64,000 nucleotides of DNA from Fimicolochytrium jonesii (lineage: Eukaryota), in contig NW_026515682.1 of NCBI RefSeq assembly GCF_025526975.1, positions 434,001 to 498,000 on the forward strand, given 5' to 3'. Made by a program: the position numbers and the translations under genes. Numbering within the stretch: position 1 is the first letter of the stretch; the number at the start of each line of letters is the position of its first letter. Positions 59,569 to 64,000 of this stretch are shown piece by piece. The notes beneath the pieces are model-generated. The model saw only the letters and a program-made list of their open reading frames with translations, was not told the DNA's origin and searched no databases.

Positions 59569-60714
59569 CTACCCCCTCAACCCCTCAAAAACCGCCCTAA
59601 CATGTTCCGGACCCGTCCGACAACACCCACCAACGGCATCCGCCCCAGCCTCAACCCACCTCCTCGCACACTCCGCATACCACCCCGGCCCACCGACAAC
59701 GCCCTCCTTCCTGATCCACGTCTTGCGCACACCATCATACACCTCTCCACTATTCGCATAAACAATCACCGTCCGTCCCTTTGCAGCAGTCGCGGCGATG
59801 CGCACGAGATCCTCGCAGAGGGCAGGGTCAGTGCAGTTGATCCCGACGGCGACGATGGAAGGCGCGATGTCCAGGGCCGCGATGCAGTCTGCGAGCTTTT
59901 CACCGTGGGCGACGCGACCGTTTGGTTGGCAGGTGAATGTGACCCAGGAGGGGAATGTGGAGAGGATGGGATGGGTGGAGCAGGCGAGGGCGAGGGCGCG
60001 GGCTTCGAGGAGGGAGGGGATGGTTTCGAAGGCTATTATGTCTGGTTGGTGGTGTTGTGTAGTCGATGTGGGGGATTCACTCCCTAGGAGTGCCATGACC
60101 CTCGAGATATGAAACGCGGAGATCGTTTCCTCCGTGACATCAGCCGGATAGATCCCTGTATACTCGCTCCCATCCGCCAGTAAGGTAGCGTAACAACCGA
60201 CCGAGGCTGCGATAAGCGGGAGTGGCCGTGTATCCTTTAATGGGCGATTTGCCATGTGTTCTGACCGAGCGTCGATGGCGAGAGTTATGGAGAGACGCAT
60301 TAGGCGCAGGGCATCTGTGTGGGAGATGCCGACTGATGCAAAGCCTTCGAGAGAGGCTTGGTAGGAGGATGTTGTTGCTACGTCTGGGGTGGTGGGTAGG
60401 TCGTTTAGTTTCAGTACACTCCGCGGCTCCTAGGTCCACTGCACTCACCAGCCCCAGCATCAAAGTACCGCCTATGCACAGCCTTGATGGATTCCTGGTC
60501 TTCCCTCAAAAGCCTATAAAAGAAGCATACCATATATAACCAAGTTTGCAGAAAGCCTCCCCTCCTCACAACTTCACTCTTTGGTACATTACTTTGCGCT
60601 CCATAGACCTCCCGACAGATCCTTCCCGAAGTGGGTTTCGAGGTCGGTCGCGAGGCCGCCGTCCAGAATGACGGGACGGCCTCCGAAGCGGGTGAATGGG
60701 TTTTCAACTGCCAT
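59569..60714 (-). CDS. Homocysteine S-methyltransferase (Mht1/Sam4/MmuM-like), multi-exon
   Basis: VILDGGLATDLE, LWSA, ASVGCY..LADGSEYTG, IAFETIP, VGINC, YANSGE, VGGCCRTGPEH. Confidence 0.93.
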
Positions 60715-61829
60715 TGTGGGTCACTTGTGCGATCGGGTGTTTCGGGCAATGGGGCTGGTTTCTGGGATAACTTCCCTGCTGCTTTTCTGCCCATGACGCG
60801 TGGGAAGCGATGACACTCTCGCTCGAGAATCTTTGCACATCGCTCGAGGCGGCATCTTGGGCATTCATTCCCCTGCCATCGTATGAGATAGTTGGGGTAG
60901 GCGGACAACGAGCGCCTGAAAGGAAAACTTACGGACTCTGGACCACGGATCAAGGACCACGGATCATACCATTGTACATAGAATATCTCTTCTTAATAGG
61001 TGAACTTGAACCGATGAGGAAATCAAGAAGGTCATGCGTGTGGAAGCGGAGATGGAGGTAAGCCTGTTGCAGTGAAGAAAACCTTGACTCCGCGTGTGCT
61101 CTTGAATCTCGAAAATGCTTTCCTTCCTCATATAATTCCATCTTGAGATTTTTTTTGCGAAAGGTGGGCTAGAGATTTCGGGGGTTGCAATTGTTCGTTA
61201 GCGACCATATCCTCCGATAATGCAGGCCATCCTGGCGAACCTTGCGCTCATCGTACTCCCTCAGAAAAAGGTTCGATGGATTGAGTATATTACCCAGTGA
61301 TTAGGAGACCCTCCCATCATGGAAGGAAATAGATAGCGGCGAAGGGCCTCGGTGCTTTCTCGTAAGCCTATCCGTTCCCAGATTGGAACAGCCAAGCGTG
61401 ACAATGAGCCCCGTTGAAAGAAAACTAGGACAAGAGTAGGAGCAGAGACTGTATCCGTTGACTAGTATTTGCTTCACAATTATACATATTACATGCTTCA
61501 CACATTTTGCATTACATTTGCTTTCAGATGCAGTAGATGGAGGAAACCTTTCCATATTTCTTCTTCAATCAAAAGTTGCATCAAAAGTAAGAAGTGCGAC
61601 GTGCACAAAGACGCATATCTGCGCCTTGCGCGCGACCCAACAAGACGTCCGTGCCTGACGTCCTAAAACATCCTCCCATCCTCACTTTCAGCCCCAGATC
61701 TTGCAGGGTCTAATGAGAGAGTGCATTCGAGAGCTTCCATGGGAGAGAGAAAACCCTGGCTTGACGTAATGGGGTTAGGGGGCCGGGGGGGGGGGGGGGG
61801 GGGGGGAGCAACTAGGGGAGCAACGCAGC

Positions 61830-61875
61830 GGAGTTGGCCTGGGAGTTGGCCTGGGAGTTGGCCTGGGAGTTGGCC
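61830..61875. repeat. 12-bp tandem repeat (GGGAGTTGGCCT, about 3.8 copies) in the flank of Fanzor copy 2
   Basis: Directly visible. Confidence 0.9.
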
Positions 61876-61888
61876 GTGGGATCTGGGA

Positions 61889-61983
61889 TACAAGTTGCCT
61901 TCATCGGCGACGCCTCAGGCAGAGGTACAATGATGTGGATGGCAGATAACCACCACGGAAAATGGGATGGGGTGAAATCTAGA
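61889..61983 (-). ncRNA. Putative Fanzor omegaRNA scaffold / element right end (copy 2); putative guide runs from 61888 downward
   Basis: Reverse complement is identical to 17952-18046. Confidence 0.78.
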
Positions 61984-64000
61984 CTACCGGTTACGGGAGA
62001 ATGCGTCTGGTCTGTGGCCATCGCCAAACACCACCAAACGCACAATCAAGAGAAAATACTTGGTGCTTAGGACATCCTGATTGTGCACTTTCATCCGTAG
62101 TGGTCGTCTTCCAGGAATCCCAAATGGCGTCCAGTCTTGGTTGATACATTCGGGGTTGGGGCAAACCACCAATCCATGGACGTATTCCATTCTTCCCTTT
62201 CTAGCTTGCCACGGCCGAGACAACAGCCGACGTCGGATGTTTTTCTTCACACGGCCGTGGCAGTCAGGGCACACGGACGACGTTCGATACTCATCCAGCA
62301 AGTAGCATGGAATGCCGTTTCTCGCAAAGAGTGTGCGGAATCTGTTCCATGATGAGTTAGCATAATAGAATACATAGTAGATACCACCAATCTTGGTCAC
62401 TCACCCCTTGGTCTTCGATGACTCCTGAAAGCGCATTGTTTTCCCGGCATCGCTCCAATCACCCAAGATGACCGAAAAATGCTTTCCATACCGGCGTCGC
62501 ATGTTCTTAATGACCTTGCTCTCAGACTTTTGCCGCAGTGAGAACGCCTTGAATCTGCGAGCTACGTGAATCTCATCCTGGTAAAACTCATCCAGGGCGG
62601 GATCTGGGATATTGATGGATGTCAGCCCATGTATTACCAAATTTGAAAATCAAAGTTGAAGTTGAACATCATACCCGCATGTTCGTAACCCACAATGAAC
62701 GCTGAGAACGCCTTGATGTTCATGCTCTTGTGCGATGGAATATGTGATTCCATCTCAGCGATGCCGGCATTGATCTTTTGCTCTCTCATGTCTCTTTGAA
62801 AGTACTGAGACTTTGTCTCGACCGCCCGTTGATTGGATGCGTATCTGGTATGGGGTGGTGCATTGTGAGAACGCTGCAACGGAATGTCGCCGCAACGGGG
62901 ATGGTGGGGATAGGGGCGGTGGGAGCTGCAGCAAGAGACGGGGGGATGGTGGGCGGAGACGGGGGGCTGGCGGGCGGAGACTGGGGGCTGGCGGGCAGAG
63001 ACGGGGGGCTGGCGGGCGGAGACGGGGGGGGGGGGGGGGAGGTAGCGGGGACAGCAGTGCAGTAGTAATCAACTGAAACGTACCGAAATGGCCGCTCCTT
63101 CTTGATGTCTTGACAGAACAAGAGGTCACGCTTGCCCGGATCAATGCTGACGATGTTTGGAGCCTCCCTTAGTTCGGCGATGTGGTGCTCAAAATACAGC
63201 TGTTAGACTTCTTCCTGCATTTGGGCTTTGCTGCGCTTCCGGGCGCGATGGCCGTACTTGAGCCCTGGCTTCTTGAAGTGGATGGTAGCGGAATACCCGT
63301 TTGTGCTGATTGACCCATCAAATTTGAGACCAAGCTTCTTTCGATGCTTGCAGACCTTGTCCTAAAATCCGTCATTCAGCAAGGTAATCAGATTGAATCA
63401 AGCACAGAAGGGTACAGACTTAACTTACATTCACATTGAGAAACTGCCCCCGCATCTCCTGCTTGCGTTCATCGGTGAATTTCCCCATGCGATGGTGGCC
63501 CAAGGCCAGGATATGAGTGGTTAGGATCTTTGTGTCGATCCGAACAGATGACTGGATTCGAGATTTGCGCAGCGGGATAGCGAAAAACAGCCGCATTCCA
63601 AGGCGCTCATAGAGGCGTGAGAGCTCACAATAGGCACCTGTGATGATGCAGGTGCGGACTATGATTAGACAAAAGAGGAAGCAGCGGGGGGGGGGGGGGG
63701 GGCGTAAATATACAGGATGTAACTCACCTAAATATGGCATTACGTCCACCGCAAGGCTGTACGCAAGCGCTTCATCCTGGGGAGGAAACAGAGCCCATAA
63801 CTTGTCGAGGACGGTCCGCTCAAGTCGTGTGAGGTGCGCAAACTCTTCTTGGGTTGGAAACTCTTCAAACGTCGCAAATTTTGTAAAGTGACGGACCCGC
63901 TGATAATAGTGTTGCCGCTGCGCTCGGTTGACTCCAGCTCTAAGGGGATGCAGTGCGACTTGCTTCAAACCAAGCCTTTCGTTGACGTAGCGCAGAAACA
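61984..64000 (-). pseudogene. Fanzor1 copy 2 (5' part beyond the window), inactivated
   Basis: Same exon structure as copy 1 (introns 63638-63727, 63362-63428, 62845-63083, 62604-62674, 62342-62404). Motifs SIDPG, DEYRTS and NQD are present. In-frame TAA at about 63203-63205 where copy 1 has AAG. Confidence 0.93.

Noticed and set aside
60950..61700. AT-richer flank next to Fanzor copy 2 as a possible further transposon gene
   Set aside because: All frames are interrupted and no transposase motif was recognised.

Overview
This is eukaryotic, intron-rich, GC-rich fungal DNA. An axonemal outer-arm dynein intermediate chain alongside fungal-type housekeeping genes points to a zoosporic (chytrid-like) fungus. 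The left part (about 2.6-18 kb) is a transposon nest. It holds two fused Ty3/Gypsy LTR retroelements, a GATA-like zinc-finger ORF, a DD34E Tc1/IS630-type transposase remnant, and a six-intron Fanzor1 (eukaryotic TnpB-like RNA-guided nuclease) locus. A second, inverted Fanzor1 copy runs off the right edge (61.9-64 kb). Both Fanzor copies carry nonsense or frameshift lesions. However, their 3' ends are identical over 126 nt, finish at ...CAACTTG-TA, and are followed by different flanks, which is the layout expected of an omegaRNA scaffold plus guide. The flank (putative guide) of copy 2 matches a CATA-preceded site inside Fanzor copy 1 for 11 nt, while copy 2 itself has AATA at that site. The middle of the window holds BIR1-like, HGH1, Aven-like, PP2C, PA2G4, mitochondrial MDH, tRNA-Ser, 14-3-3, ODC, three F-box genes, DNAI1, PAN3, an atypical Rho GTPase and a homocysteine S-methyltransferase. 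It also holds an intronless stand-alone BLUF photoreceptor. MsrB lies near the left edge. The ODC leader contains an intron-split, apparently non-AUG uORF ending EPPW...stop, typical of polyamine-sensing uCC elements. All calls come from reading the sequence by eye; no searches were run.
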